Origin: a virus
Lineage: Duplodnaviria > Caudoviricetes
IMG/VR virus record: IMGVR_UViG_3300033177_000258
DNA length: 64,000 nt
Reading direction: 5' to 3' (one strand)
Part shown: piece after piece, positions 1-10,171 of the stretch
Position numbering within the stretch: the stretch's first letter is position 1
Layout: every line of letters begins with the position of its first letter
Notes under the pieces: generated by a model
Database searches by the model: none
The model's input: only the letters and a program-made list of their open reading frames with translations
Told to the model about the DNA's origin: nothing
Made by a program: the position numbers and the translations under genes

Positions 1-136
1 TCGCTGGGCGGGACCCCATACACCTTCGCCATTGGTGAGACCATGGCGCCACACTTTGGGCAAGGGTTCTCACCCAGTGGGCACGTGGAAGCGCAATTGT
101 GGCAGATGGTGTACGGCCCCTCAGTTGGTTGGCTCA

Positions 137-649
137 TTACTGTTGCTCTCCAGCCGGCTCTTCTGGGTTCTCTGAGCCGACACTGATGTCCAGGCTACTC
201 TCCTGGGCGTCGTTCCCCTTCCATGCTACTGTGATGACCTGTGTCTCGGTGGGGGTAGTGACGCCCAGGAAGAGCTGCTCTGGGGCGCGTTTGGCTACGC
301 ATGCGGCGGCGAGCAGCCACCTCGCGTCTTGGATGTAGTGGGTGTTTTGCTCGCCATAGGTTATCCGAACCTCGCGGGGCGGCAGGTAGCTCGAACCCAT
401 GGCGCCCATCAGGCGCAGGTTACAAGCCATGAACTGCTCCCACGAGAGGAAATTGGCTGTCAGTGAGAGGATGGCTGAGCCGTCAGATGGGTTGGCCACC
501 CCGTCATCGCAGGGGATGTGGAGAGCCCGAAGCAGGGCGCCCATCGCTGCGAGAACGGAGCTCGCTTGAGACATCGCGGGAAGGTTCACCTGCGGGATGC
601 GCAGGGAATACTCCGCGACTGCTTTGGGCTCCAGTTCATAGGTGGCCAT
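137..649 (-). CDS. hypothetical protein
   Basis: 170-aa ORF preceded by GAGAGGA; same strand as the upstream gene; no recognisable motif. Confidence 0.6.
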   Translation of the reverse strand: MATYELEPKAVAEYSLRIPQVNLPAMSQASSVLAAMGALLRALHIPCDDGVANPSDGSAILSLTANFLSWEQFMACNLRLMGAMGSSYLPPREVRITYGEQNTHYIQDARWLLAAACVAKRAPEQLFLGVTTPTETQVITVAWKGNDAQESSLDISVGSENPEEPAGEQQ

Positions 650-683
650 TGTCTATTTCCTCTCAGGTCTTGCGCGGCGCCCG

Positions 684-1277
684 CTAGAAGTTGATGAGGG
701 CCTGCCGCAGGTAGAACTCGAAGCCGATGTCGCCGCCGTCGCCGCCTTCACGCAGTACGCAGGCGCCAGCGCGCAGTCCATAGTCCTTCTGGTCGAGCCG
801 GCTCAGGCTCACGTCGAGGCCGATGTTGAAGCCGATGTTGAAGCCGGGCTTATCCGTATCTACGCCGATAAAGGTAACGAACAGCGCGCGGTTGCCCAGG
901 ATGGGCCAGGAGTTCGGAAACGCGCCGAGCTTACGCGACAGGTTGACGCCGCTGTTGCCGAGCAGTTCGCCAGTGAATAGACCAGTCACGATGCCGGTCT
1001 CGAAGCCAGGTAGGTTGTCGAACGCGACATTCGCGATGGCGCGGTCAACCTTGTCTGAGTAGTCCTGCGCATCGGACAGCGGTACTGCCGGCAGCGTGTC
1101 TGCCGCCAACGGCTTGAACGTGTGTGTATCCGGGGCAAAGTCAGTGGCCGGCGACGGGGGAGCGGGGAGAACCACGGTGGGCTCATCGGCCGCGTAGGCG
1201 GTGCCGGCGAGGGTGGTGGTTACGACGAGCGTCATGAGCAGCACTAGCAGCAGCATGACAGGGAGCGTCTTGTACAT
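684..1277 (-). CDS. putative secreted/envelope protein
   Basis: From ATG 1277: MYKTLPVMLLLVLLMTLVVTTTLAGTAYA|AD is a signal-peptide-like N-terminus; GGAG upstream; amphipathic beta-strand-like C-terminus. Confidence 0.6.
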   Translation of the reverse strand: MYKTLPVMLLLVLLMTLVVTTTLAGTAYAADEPTVVLPAPPSPATDFAPDTHTFKPLAADTLPAVPLSDAQDYSDKVDRAIANVAFDNLPGFETGIVTGLFTGELLGNSGVNLSRKLGAFPNSWPILGNRALFVTFIGVDTDKPGFNIGFNIGLDVSLSRLDQKDYGLRAGACVLREGGDGGDIGFEFYLRQALINF

Positions 1278-1322
1278 TGGGAGTCTCCAGGGTATCGTAG
1301 TCGCGTAGCCTCGCGCTGTGGG

Positions 1323-1351
1323 ATAATATCTGCTCGTTAGCTTCTTGTCAA
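1323..1351 (-). promoter_or_regulatory. sigma70-type promoter
   Basis: TTGACA-17 nt-TATTAT on the minus strand upstream of 684..1277. Confidence 0.7.
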
Positions 1352-1421
1352 GAACCATTGCAAAAAGATTGGAGAAGACCGAGCAGATATACCCAGTGGC
1401 TACTCAGGTAGGTGTATTCGC

Positions 1422-4400
1422 ATGGCACAACTGCATTGGGGTCGTAACGGTACGACGTGGCACATCCGCGAACAAGGCGAGGAGCTCATGCTTCTGGCCA
1501 TCACGACGTTGGGTCGCGAACAAATGCTGAAGCACATCACGTGGGACCCTGGCGTCCCGGTGCTTCGGCTACTTGTGTGTGACGCCAGTGGTGAGCTGGT
1601 AGACGCCGAAGACTGGGACCGGGCCGTCCACGGCTACGACTGTCACCAGACGGTGCCAAGCGGCAGCCGCGCTCTCTTCGCTTTGGTTGTGCCTAAGTTT
1701 GTGCCCAACGCTGACTCCATCGTGGCTTCTGTCGAACTGTCCCCGGCCCGCTCGACCGCCGTCAACAAGTCTGGCGGCTCTTCCTCCTTCCCGTACAAGT
1801 TCGATGTCGTGGAAGGCGAGCGCACCAGCCGGGGCGTCTCTATCGCCAACTCCCCCAATGCGAAGATGAGTATTCTGGTGTCGGGGTTCAAGCCCGGCGA
1901 GCGCATCGCGTCTGTCCGAGCCGATGTCTCTGGTGGAAAGTTGGAAGGCGTGTGGGCCAACCTCGGTGGCGATAGCACCTTCTACAAGGCCGGCCGCAGC
2001 AATAGCGCAGATACTCAGGGCGCCGTCGTGGACAGCATCCAAGTGGATGTGCGCGGCACGAGAGGTCAGCGCGCGCACGTGGAGCGCCTCGAAATCGTCT
2101 GGGGGGAAGAAGAGCAGGCGGAGGCCGCGCCCGCGCCCAAGCGACGAGTGAAACCACTCACCCCCAGCAGCTATGCGCCGACGACCGGCGCTCCTGCCGT
2201 GAGCGTCATCATCCCCGCGTACAACCGTGCCCACTGCATCTTCGCCACCATTGCCTCAGTCTTTGCCCAGACCTACCAGGACTTTGAGGTGATTGTGGTT
2301 GACGACGCAAGCTCCGACAACACCTGGGGCGAGACATTCTGGTTCCGCGAGAACTTCCCTGGCCGGCTACGCTTCATCAAGCTCAGCCACAACCAGGGGG
2401 AGTCTTTCGCGCGCAACGTAGCTTTCGAGAAGTCGCGGGGCCGCTACATCGCCTGCATAGACAGCGATGACCAGTGGGAGCCGACGTACTTGGAGAAGAT
2501 GGTTGCCGCCCTGGAAGGCCGCAATGCCGACCTAGTGTGGAGCTTCGTGTCGTTCTTCACCGTGACTGATGATGGCACCCTGAAGCCCGAGCAGTACGGG
2601 TGGATTAACATACCCGACCAGATTCGCAACCCGAACCACAACCGCATCTGGATAGGGCCGCAGCACTGCATCTACCGGCGCCAGTGGTTTCTGGGGTACG
2701 ACGAAGATGTTGACAAAGGCGAAGATGCCGAGATGTACGAGCGCATGCTGGCCAAGGGCGCCCGCTTCGTCTGCCTGCCGGAGAACCTCGTGCGTATCAT
2801 CCATCACCGGGATAGCCAGAACCGCAGCGGTGAGTGGACCAAGGAAGACCGCTGGCGCCTACGCCTGGCCACAAGGCCGCAGACCGTAGCGGCGGAGTAC
2901 CCCGCGCGCGCATCCATGGTCTCTCTCACGATGCTGGCCTGGAATCGCCTGCACTTCGTACCGGGCACACTGGACAACCTACGCAGCACCATCAACCAGA
3001 ACGAGACGCCCTATGAGCTCATCATCATTGACAACGGCAGCAGCGACGGAACAACACAGTGGCTGGACGACCGCTACGAAGAGCTAGTGCTGGACGGGCA
3101 CAAAATCATCTTCAACGGCTGGAACGCCGGCATCCCTAACGCCCTGAACCAGGGTTTGCTGCTGAAAGAAGGCGACGTGTTCCTACACGCTGCTTCCGAC
3201 ATCCACATGGAGGATGGTTGGCTGAGCCGCCTTCTTGGCTCCTACAACAGGTACCCTAACCTGGCCGTCTCGGGCGTCACTTACGATGGCATCCCCAACG
3301 ACATTCTGCGTCGCGACCCGGACTACCCCGGCCTGCTGTTCCCGCCCGACGATGCTGCCATAGGGCCCGCGTTCTCATTCCCGAACGACATCTTCCGCAG
3401 GGTGGGCTACTTCAATGTTGAGCTCGGGAAGTACGGCCGAGAAGACACGCTCTACTGCCGGCGCGCCAGGGCGGCAGGCTACAAGGTTGCCTACGTTGAC
3501 GGCACTCGATGCGTGCACGCTGGGGAGCACCTCTCACCCAAGGGCAAGACCGCCGAGTCTGAGTACAAACGGCGTATGTTGGAAGTCAGCAAAGCCTACA
3601 CCCTGCACTACACGGACGTACTCAAGACCCGCGAGGAGAGCTACATCCAGCGCCCGGTCAACCCACTCTTCTCGCTCTCTCCGGGGGCGACCATGGCGTT
3701 CAGCAACCAGCGCATACTGCCCTCCCAGGTGGCGCTCTGCTTCACGTTGCGCAGTTCCAACCTGGATATGGTCAAGCGCGCGGTGGACACTTGTGTCTCC
3801 AACACTCACCTGCCGGTCGAGATAGTCTTCGTCTGCAACAACGCGCCCAGCAAAGTCGTGGAGTGGGCGCTCTTGACCAGGCGCGCCCTGCTGGAGCGTA
3901 ACACCCTGGCGCACGTCATCAACTTCCGGGGCAACTGGGGCATCGCCAAGAGCTACAATGCGGCGCTGGCCTGCACATGGGCCCCGTTCCTGGCCACTCT
4001 CAATGACGACATCATTGCGTCAGAGGGCTGGTTGGAGCGCCTGCTTGAGATTGCCGCTTTGCCGCATGTGGGGTACGTCTGCTCCAACACCTCCCAGCAC
4101 CGGGCGTACCTGAGCGGGGACTACTCAATCAGACGACCTGAAGACATCCCCTTGGGGAGCGAGACATCCGCCCCCGTGGACCCCAACAGGTTCGTTGGTT
4201 TCGCCTCGGTAGTCCAGCGCAACAAGCTCTGCGACGTGGGCCCGTTCGACACAAGCACATTCGTCTACCACGGCGAGACCGAGTTGGCCGCTCGCCTGGG
4301 GGAGGCGGGCTATGCCCCGTACCAAAAGCTCAACAGCCGCGTGCTGCATCTTCGAGCCGGCAGCACCCAGTATGCCGAAAGGAGCCTGAGACACCTTGCA

Positions 4401-4439
4401 GACCAATACCTGCCCGAAAGCCTGCGCCGCTTGCGATAG
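1422..4439 (+). CDS. multi-domain family 2 glycosyltransferase (three GT-A domains, unknown N-terminal domain)
   Basis: VSVIIPAYN..VVDDASSD..IDSDD; second domain IIDNGSSDGT..GREDTLY; third domain LNDDII..HGETEL. Confidence 0.9.
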   Translation: MAQLHWGRNGTTWHIREQGEELMLLAITTLGREQMLKHITWDPGVPVLRLLVCDASGELVDAEDWDRAVHGYDCHQTVPSGSRALFALVVPKFVPNADSIVASVELSPARSTAVNKSGGSSSFPYKFDVVEGERTSRGVSIANSPNAKMSILVSGFKPGERIASVRADVSGGKLEGVWANLGGDSTFYKAGRSNSADTQGAVVDSIQVDVRGTRGQRAHVERLEIVWGEEEQAEAAPAPKRRVKPLTPSSYAPTTGAPAVSVIIPAYNRAHCIFATIASVFAQTYQDFEVIVVDDASSDNTWGETFWFRENFPGRLRFIKLSHNQGESFARNVAFEKSRGRYIACIDSDDQWEPTYLEKMVAALEGRNADLVWSFVSFFTVTDDGTLKPEQYGWINIPDQIRNPNHNRIWIGPQHCIYRRQWFLGYDEDVDKGEDAEMYERMLAKGARFVCLPENLVRIIHHRDSQNRSGEWTKEDRWRLRLATRPQTVAAEYPARASMVSLTMLAWNRLHFVPGTLDNLRSTINQNETPYELIIIDNGSSDGTTQWLDDRYEELVLDGHKIIFNGWNAGIPNALNQGLLLKEGDVFLHAASDIHMEDGWLSRLLGSYNRYPNLAVSGVTYDGIPNDILRRDPDYPGLLFPPDDAAIGPAFSFPNDIFRRVGYFNVELGKYGREDTLYCRRARAAGYKVAYVDGTRCVHAGEHLSPKGKTAESEYKRRMLEVSKAYTLHYTDVLKTREESYIQRPVNPLFSLSPGATMAFSNQRILPSQVALCFTLRSSNLDMVKRAVDTCVSNTHLPVEIVFVCNNAPSKVVEWALLTRRALLERNTLAHVINFRGNWGIAKSYNAALACTWAPFLATLNDDIIASEGWLERLLEIAALPHVGYVCSNTSQHRAYLSGDYSIRRPEDIPLGSETSAPVDPNRFVGFASVVQRNKLCDVGPFDTSTFVYHGETELAARLGEAGYAPYQKLNSRVLHLRAGSTQYAERSLRHLADQYLPESLRRLR

Positions 4440-5400
4440 ACCCTGGCGCTTCCTGTATCTGACGGAAGACTGCGCCTACAACTGTCCCATCATGGGCGCG
4501 GTGGCCGCGCAGCCGTTCCGCGTGCGCGGGAAGAGCTGGGACTATTTCTCCACAACCACAAGCCTGCTGCATGCGGGTGAACTGATGGCGTTTCGGCAGG
4601 GCATGCTGGAGCGCGGTCCGGCCATCTGCGGCGACCGCAACTGCTCGCCAAATGACATGGCGCCCATCGAGCTCGGGCGTGTCGAAGCGCGCGGGTATCT
4701 GGACCGACACGACGGCAAGTACGAGTTGGATACCATGGCGCTCAGCCTGACGGACTACTGCAAAGGAGGCTGCCGCATCTGCTTCCAGCGCTGTGACGTG
4801 AAGGATGTCATTTCGGTGCCGCAGTTCGTGCTTGACGACCTCGCCGCCAACCTGCGGGTGCGCAAAGTCTTCCTGATGGGGGGAGAAGTTTTCCATCTTC
4901 CTCAGGAGCAGGTGGAGCGCGCGCTGGACTGGGCCACGACACTGGGCGGCAGCATTGGGGTGACGACGGCCGGCGACGGGGTGCTGGGCCAGTTCCTGAG
5001 CAGATACCAATGGGGAGAGTTGAGGTTCAGCATGGATGCGGCCTCGCGCTCTCTGCACAAGTTCCTGCGGCCCGGCATCAACTATGACCTCCTGTGGGAG
5101 AACCTGACGGAAGCGGCGCGGCTGTACAGCAGTCGAGTGGTGGTACTGGTGACCGCATCTGCCCACAATGCCCCCGAGCTTCCCGACCTGGTAGACAAAC
5201 TGGCGTCCATAGTCAGTCGTATCCGCATCAACATGTCGTTCAAGGGCGGCCGGGCCAGCGAAGACTCTCTACTCGATTCTCGCCCCGACCTCCTCGCTGA
5301 ACTAGCCTACACGCTGCCGCCGCGCATCCACGCTGCCGAGCAGCAAGGAGTACGCATTGAATGGCCTCGCCTGCAGACAATGCTTTCGGACCTGACGTGA
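4396..5400 (+). CDS. radical SAM protein with N-terminal Cys-rich (SPASM-like) region
   Basis: CKGGCRIC (CxxxCxxC), MGGEVF, FSMDA; N-terminal CDRPW..C..C. Confidence 0.8.
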   Translation: MQTNTCPKACAACDRPWRFLYLTEDCAYNCPIMGAVAAQPFRVRGKSWDYFSTTTSLLHAGELMAFRQGMLERGPAICGDRNCSPNDMAPIELGRVEARGYLDRHDGKYELDTMALSLTDYCKGGCRICFQRCDVKDVISVPQFVLDDLAANLRVRKVFLMGGEVFHLPQEQVERALDWATTLGGSIGVTTAGDGVLGQFLSRYQWGELRFSMDAASRSLHKFLRPGINYDLLWENLTEAARLYSSRVVVLVTASAHNAPELPDLVDKLASIVSRIRINMSFKGGRASEDSLLDSRPDLLAELAYTLPPRIHAAEQQGVRIEWPRLQTMLSDLT

Positions 5401-5954
5401 AGATTCACCCGACCGCAGAAGTAGAACCCGGCGCGCATGTTGGAGAAGGCACCACAATCTGGGGCTGGACGCACGTGCGCAGCGGAGGCAGTATCGGAAA
5501 GCATTGCATGATTGCAGAGCGCTGCTTCATAGACACTGGGGCCATCATCGAGGACTGCTGCCGCATCCAGAACGGGGTCTCGGTCTACAACGGGGTGTGG
5601 CTGAAGCACCATGTCTTCGTAGGGCCCGAAGTCACCTTTACGAACGACATGTTCTCGGCCCCCTGGCCGGAAGGTGAGGAGCACCCGCCCTGGTCTTTCG
5701 GCTGCACCACCGTGGGCCCCTACACCCGTATCGGCGCCAACTGCACCATCCTGGCCAACATCACCATCGGCAGCCACTGCACCATCGGCGCCGGAGCCAT
5801 CGTGCTTGCGGATGTGCCCGACAACACGACTGTGGTGGGGACCTGGAAGGGGAAGTACCATTGGCTGCGCAAGCTGCTGCGATTCCTGTGGCCGCGACGG
5901 CGCAAACAGGCGCACGATGTCATTGTACCTTTGTCGGTAAGGAATGTTGACTGA
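5361..5954 (+). CDS. hexapeptide-repeat sugar N-acetyltransferase (WbpD/WxcM-like)
   Basis: IHPTAEVE..IGKHCMI..FVGPEVTFTND..IGANCTIL..IGAGAIV..DVP. Confidence 0.85.
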   Translation: MASPADNAFGPDVKIHPTAEVEPGAHVGEGTTIWGWTHVRSGGSIGKHCMIAERCFIDTGAIIEDCCRIQNGVSVYNGVWLKHHVFVGPEVTFTNDMFSAPWPEGEEHPPWSFGCTTVGPYTRIGANCTILANITIGSHCTIGAGAIVLADVPDNTTVVGTWKGKYHWLRKLLRFLWPRRRKQAHDVIVPLSVRNVD

Positions 5955-7057
5955 TGAACTTCAAGGTAGACGAGCACCGGCGCCAGGCTCTGGAGACGAT
6001 AGCAGCCATGGGCCGGCTCGCCGGTTTCACGCGCGATACGGATGACGACCTGCTTGCGGCCATCATGCGTGTGGCTGTTCGCCACGAGATGGTATGCCGC
6101 AACCAAGGCCGGCTCCTCATACTGGATAGCGACGGCACGCCCCGCACTCTTTCGGCGCGGAACCCGGTAAGTTGGGTGCCGCGCGCTCGCGCGAGCGCGG
6201 CGCTGTATCGTCAAGCCCAACAGTGCGAGATACCCGAGGTGGCGCTTCAGCATTTTGGGGTCTGGGCCAACGGCCGCGTCTACCTCTCTCACGGTAACGA
6301 CGAACTACTCTGTTGGGCTCTGGGCAACCGCACCTTCGCGTTGCGCTGTCTGCCCGGCAAGGATGGCGTCTTCGTCTCCCCTTCGTCCTGCCACCACAAG
6401 TGGCTGCAGGACGAGCGCGCCTCTGGCCTGCCGCTGTCCCCCGGCCTGTTTGACGACCAGTCTAGCCTGCTACCAAAACGAGCTGTCGGCCGCTGGACCG
6501 CCACAGTGCAATACCAGGTATGGCGCAGTTGGCTTGCGCTGGCGTTGAGCGGGTTCCCCGGCAAGCTGCCCCCTCTGGTCTTGTGGGCCAACGGGAACGC
6601 CGATGGTGCTCTGCTCTTCAGGTTGACGGCTGCAGTATTGGGCGGAGAGCCGGTCGTAGCCCGCACTGGCTTTGAGGTTCCCATGTCGGAGCGCACCAGC
6701 GTCCGCCTCGTGGGCGACAACATCCGCGTCAGGCTGTCGCGTGTCCCCATGGCTTACTTTCTGGGGGCGCGCCAGCGGGTGCGGCTGCAGGAGCGCTGCA
6801 TCCACCTCTACTGCTCCGACAGCCGGGTGTCCGCGTCCGTCGCGGAGGCCGAGCGCGCGGCCCCGATGGTCAGAGCGGAGCTCCTGCGCGAACTTCTGGC
6901 CGGCACCAAGCGTGTCCATCCGTCGCTTGCCATTGAAGAGTTGTGGCGGGTGTACATGAAGAACTCGCTGCAGCGGTTGGTCCCCGGTTTCACACCGGAC
7001 AAAGCCGAAACCATCATGAAGTGGTTGACCATCTGGTCGCCAGGAGGTGTCGTCTAA
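5954..7057 (+). CDS. hypothetical protein
   Basis: 367-aa ORF translationally coupled (TGATG) to the upstream gene. Confidence 0.6.
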   Translation: MNFKVDEHRRQALETIAAMGRLAGFTRDTDDDLLAAIMRVAVRHEMVCRNQGRLLILDSDGTPRTLSARNPVSWVPRARASAALYRQAQQCEIPEVALQHFGVWANGRVYLSHGNDELLCWALGNRTFALRCLPGKDGVFVSPSSCHHKWLQDERASGLPLSPGLFDDQSSLLPKRAVGRWTATVQYQVWRSWLALALSGFPGKLPPLVLWANGNADGALLFRLTAAVLGGEPVVARTGFEVPMSERTSVRLVGDNIRVRLSRVPMAYFLGARQRVRLQERCIHLYCSDSRVSASVAEAERAAPMVRAELLRELLAGTKRVHPSLAIEELWRVYMKNSLQRLVPGFTPDKAETIMKWLTIWSPGGVV

Positions 7058-7506
7058 TGAGTTGGTTCGAGATGTGGTGGAGGAAGTTCCTATTCAACTG
7101 CATCGTGCAGGTCATCACCAAGGCCACCGTGGACGAGGCTGACGTGCGGGAGCTCGTGGGCAAGCTGGAGAAGGCGCTGACGGATGCGACGAAGGGCACG
7201 GAGCTGCTCAGCATCCTGGGCGAGGTCTTCACCAAGGGCCTGAAGGTCACCGAAACTGACCTCATCGCCAAGGCGGCGAAGCAGAGCGGCGGGGTGTTGG
7301 CTCCCGTTGTCACGATGGGTCTGTCGGAGCTGGTAGGCAAGGGGAATAGTGAACTCGCCGCCAAGCTCAGCAAAGCCGACTATGCGGCCCTGATGAACTC
7401 TGGCGGCGAGGAGTTGTTGGTCGGGGTGGCGATGGAGAAGAGCGACGAGTTGAAAGCGCTGGTAGTCGAAGCGGTGCGGCGGTTGCTCGACGTGCCGGCG
7501 ACTTAG
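7057..7506 (+). CDS. hypothetical protein
   Basis: ATG 7057 (TAATG overlap) after AGGAGG; MSWFEMWWRK... Confidence 0.65.
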   Translation: MSWFEMWWRKFLFNCIVQVITKATVDEADVRELVGKLEKALTDATKGTELLSILGEVFTKGLKVTETDLIAKAAKQSGGVLAPVVTMGLSELVGKGNSELAAKLSKADYAALMNSGGEELLVGVAMEKSDELKALVVEAVRRLLDVPAT

Positions 7507-7907
7507 CCGCTCCCGTCCGGGATGAATGGCTCGTCGTACTTGGACTCTTCCCCTGCCAGTATCACCAGCAGTACGTTCGAGCGCAGGCCGTCCACCGTGA
7601 CGGCCTGCAGCTTTATGGTGGAGTTGGCAGGGAAGTACATGGTGTCAATGCGGACCCGGCCGTCACCGACTGAGCCGGCGATGGCGCGGAATGACCCGCC
7701 CGCCGTCATCTTCGGGTCGAACTGGCCGATGAACTCGATGTCGGCCGAAGGCTGGACAACTTCCCGCTCCTTCCAGAGCCGCACGAGCAGCGGGCTCTCA
7801 TACGGCTGGATAAGCATGGTGGCGCCCTTGGTGTCATCGGCTTCGGCACCGACCAGCTCAAAGGCTGGCTCGGCCACTTCCTTGATGATGGGGATTTCGT
7901 CTATCAT
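7503..7907 (-). CDS. hypothetical protein
   Basis: ATGA-coupled to the nitrilase-family gene. Confidence 0.6.
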   Translation of the reverse strand: MIDEIPIIKEVAEPAFELVGAEADDTKGATMLIQPYESPLLVRLWKEREVVQPSADIEFIGQFDPKMTAGGSFRAIAGSVGDGRVRIDTMYFPANSTIKLQAVTVDGLRSNVLLVILAGEESKYDEPFIPDGSG

Positions 7908-8782
7908 TTCGTGCTCTGTCGTAGGGTTGCTCGTAATGAGAAGCCTCCTCTGCCGCTCTCAAACTTGGCCCCGATGAATTGCCCGTCTGTCAGGCTGGCG
8001 CGCAGCAGCGGCTTGTCGGGAACTACGATGGCGCTGTTGCCGCCCATCCGGCCCAGGGGCATGTCTCCGGCCCAGAAGCAGCGCACCAATACTACACCAA
8101 GATTCCGGGCCGTGTCAACAAATTGTAGGTCATACTCGGTCTCGCTCCAGCCCTCGGGGCGCCAGCCCCAACTCGGGATGGCAACGATGTCACCCGAGAG
8201 CGGCTGGTGCTTCCACTGGTCAACGAACTCGATGTCGTAGCAGATGGCGGCATGGAGGTAGCGGCCGTCGTCAGGGAAGTGGTAAGAGCCGATGCCGTCC
8301 AACGGTATGCAGGCCGGCCCCAACTTCCCCGTCTTCACTCCCATCATCTTCTCGACGTGGATGGGGTTCAGTTTGTCGTAGCGCGCCACAACTTCCCCGT
8401 CGTAAGCCACCACCCCTACGTTGTACAAGCCGTCTTCCCGCTTGACCACGACGCTGCCCCCAACGATGTAGGTCTTGGGGGAGTCCTTTGAGACGTTCCT
8501 GATGACCTGCTCGTAGAGCGCTTCGTCCATGGCTTCGTGCAGGCCGAGCCAGGGAATGGAAGGCGGGTGCCGCGCGAGCCAGTCCCCCGCTTTGTCCCAC
8601 CAACCCTGCTTGACTTCCAGCGGGCCGAACCCGTCCTTGTAGCCCCGCACCACGGCCGGCATGTTGAGCATCTCAGGCAGCACGACGACATCAACGCTGT
8701 TGCTGCGGCACAACTCGGCACAGTGCTTCAATTGCGGGATAAGCTGCAGACGGTAGTCCAACTGTGCGGCGGCAACTAGCAT
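7904..8782 (-). CDS. carbon-nitrogen hydrolase (nitrilase superfamily)
   Basis: E-K-C triad motifs VVLPEM, YDKLNP, AICYDIEF; GGNSAIV. Confidence 0.85.
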   Translation of the reverse strand: MLVAAAQLDYRLQLIPQLKHCAELCRSNSVDVVVLPEMLNMPAVVRGYKDGFGPLEVKQGWWDKAGDWLARHPPSIPWLGLHEAMDEALYEQVIRNVSKDSPKTYIVGGSVVVKREDGLYNVGVVAYDGEVVARYDKLNPIHVEKMMGVKTGKLGPACIPLDGIGSYHFPDDGRYLHAAICYDIEFVDQWKHQPLSGDIVAIPSWGWRPEGWSETEYDLQFVDTARNLGVVLVRCFWAGDMPLGRMGGNSAIVVPDKPLLRASLTDGQFIGAKFESGRGGFSLRATLRQSTK

Positions 8783-8793
8783 TGGTCATCCCC

Positions 8794-9513
8794 TCACTTC
8801 AGCGCGGCGGCGGTCTCCAGCAGGAGCAGCATGGACAGGTGGGCGGCTACCAGGTGGAACGACACCACCGGCTTGCCGTTCTCGTCCATGGAGAAGCAGC
8901 CGACGTAGTGCACATCGCGCGACAGCATCTGCGTCAGGCACATCGAGCAGCGGTAGATGCGGTCCAGCGGGTTCGCCGCCGCCATGTCCTTGCGGGCCCA
9001 CTGGTACTCGCCGCTGGCGTTGCGGACAGCGCCGCCCTCCAACCACAGCAGGTCGGTACCCGCTGTCTTTGGTGGGAACAGGTTGCTGGCCGCGTGTACG
9101 GCGGGGCAGTTGTTGTAGTTGTTCGTCTTGCTCTTCCCGGTGAGCGCGCGGATACAGGTGTCGCATGACTCCTTGCAAACCGATAGCGCCGGGCCGGGCG
9201 GGGCGTTGAAGCCGGGACCAGCCACGACTTCCTTGGAGTCGGGGTTGTAGACCAGGGCCCCGAAGCACGACCTGTAGCAGTGCGGGTAGCTCTGCGTGCG
9301 CACGACTTGCCCGATGCGACGGAACAATGGACGCGCGGCGGCCATGGCGTCATCGGCATAGGTGCGCCACACGGTCTCGCAAGCGCGGTCGCTAGCGGCC
9401 ACAATACCCCAGCCAGCTTCGAGACACTCATCAGCCTCGGAGACGCCTTCGGTTAGTTGGCGCATCAGTTCCTGGAAATCCCCCGATACGGTGCGTTCAA
9501 GACCCTTCTTCAT
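8794..9513 (-). CDS. dCMP deaminase-like zinc protein with atypical active site
   Basis: CYRSCFGAL..GFNAPPG..CIR..CPAVHAASN..RCSMC; HAE is replaced by HAA. Confidence 0.7.
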   Translation of the reverse strand: MKKGLERTVSGDFQELMRQLTEGVSEADECLEAGWGIVAASDRACETVWRTYADDAMAAARPLFRRIGQVVRTQSYPHCYRSCFGALVYNPDSKEVVAGPGFNAPPGPALSVCKESCDTCIRALTGKSKTNNYNNCPAVHAASNLFPPKTAGTDLLWLEGGAVRNASGEYQWARKDMAAANPLDRIYRCSMCLTQMLSRDVHYVGCFSMDENGKPVVSFHLVAAHLSMLLLLETAAALK

Positions 9514-9559
9514 CAGATACTCCTCTCGGCGAGTTGCAGAGGGAACCTATCTGTGCAGC

Positions 9560-9588
9560 TTGACGCCGGCGCCGCGTGCAGATACAAT
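9560..9588 (+). promoter_or_regulatory. sigma70-type promoter
   Basis: TTGACG-17 nt-TACAAT upstream of ORF 9607. Confidence 0.7.
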
Positions 9589-9606
9589 GCGTACAGGTAA
9601 CCACGA

Positions 9607-9816
9607 ATGGCCGACATCATTCTTGCAGGCGACCAACTAGAGGCTTATTGCAGAAAGTGCGGTCGTAGCATAGCACGCATTGACCCTCCGCGCAAGGGTG
9701 GCTTCATGAACGCCAGCCTCGATGCAGAGCAAGTCGTCAAGTGCAGCGTATGCGGCGAACTTCACACCGTCCAATGCCAACATGGCGCCAAGCTCAAGGA
9801 AATCGTGTTCACGTAG
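9607..9816 (+). CDS. small zinc-ribbon protein
   Basis: CRKC and CSVC pairs; AGGT RBS. Confidence 0.6.
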   Translation: MADIILAGDQLEAYCRKCGRSIARIDPPRKGGFMNASLDAEQVVKCSVCGELHTVQCQHGAKLKEIVFT

Positions 9817-9828
9817 GAGAGAAATCCA

Positions 9829-10170
9829 ATGGCAGGCCATCCCGACCAGGCTACTATCTACGTCACCCCGTCGTCGGACGGCGGCAGCAACATCAGTTGC
9901 GCGGTGAGACCGCCCGCGTTCGACATCCGGGGCGCCGGCATGCAGGAGCTCGGCTTCCTGCAGTTCAACTGGAAGACCCTCATCCGCTCGTTCCTGACGC
10001 CGCTCGTCTCTGCGCTGCTCAAGGAGAAGGCGGCGGAGCGCATCACCGCGCATGTCACCGAGAAGTACGGCAAGGACGCTCTCACTGCGCTGTTGCAGGA
10101 GCGGGGCGTCGAATGCGTGGTCGAAGTCGTTATCGAGGCCACCGTCGCCGAGTGCGCGCAGCTCGTATAA
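9829..10170 (+). CDS. hypothetical protein
   Basis: AGGAG RBS; genome-typical codon use. Confidence 0.6.
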   Translation: MAGHPDQATIYVTPSSDGGSNISCAVRPPAFDIRGAGMQELGFLQFNWKTLIRSFLTPLVSALLKEKAAERITAHVTEKYGKDALTALLQERGVECVVEVVIEATVAECAQLV

Positions 10171-10171
10171 C

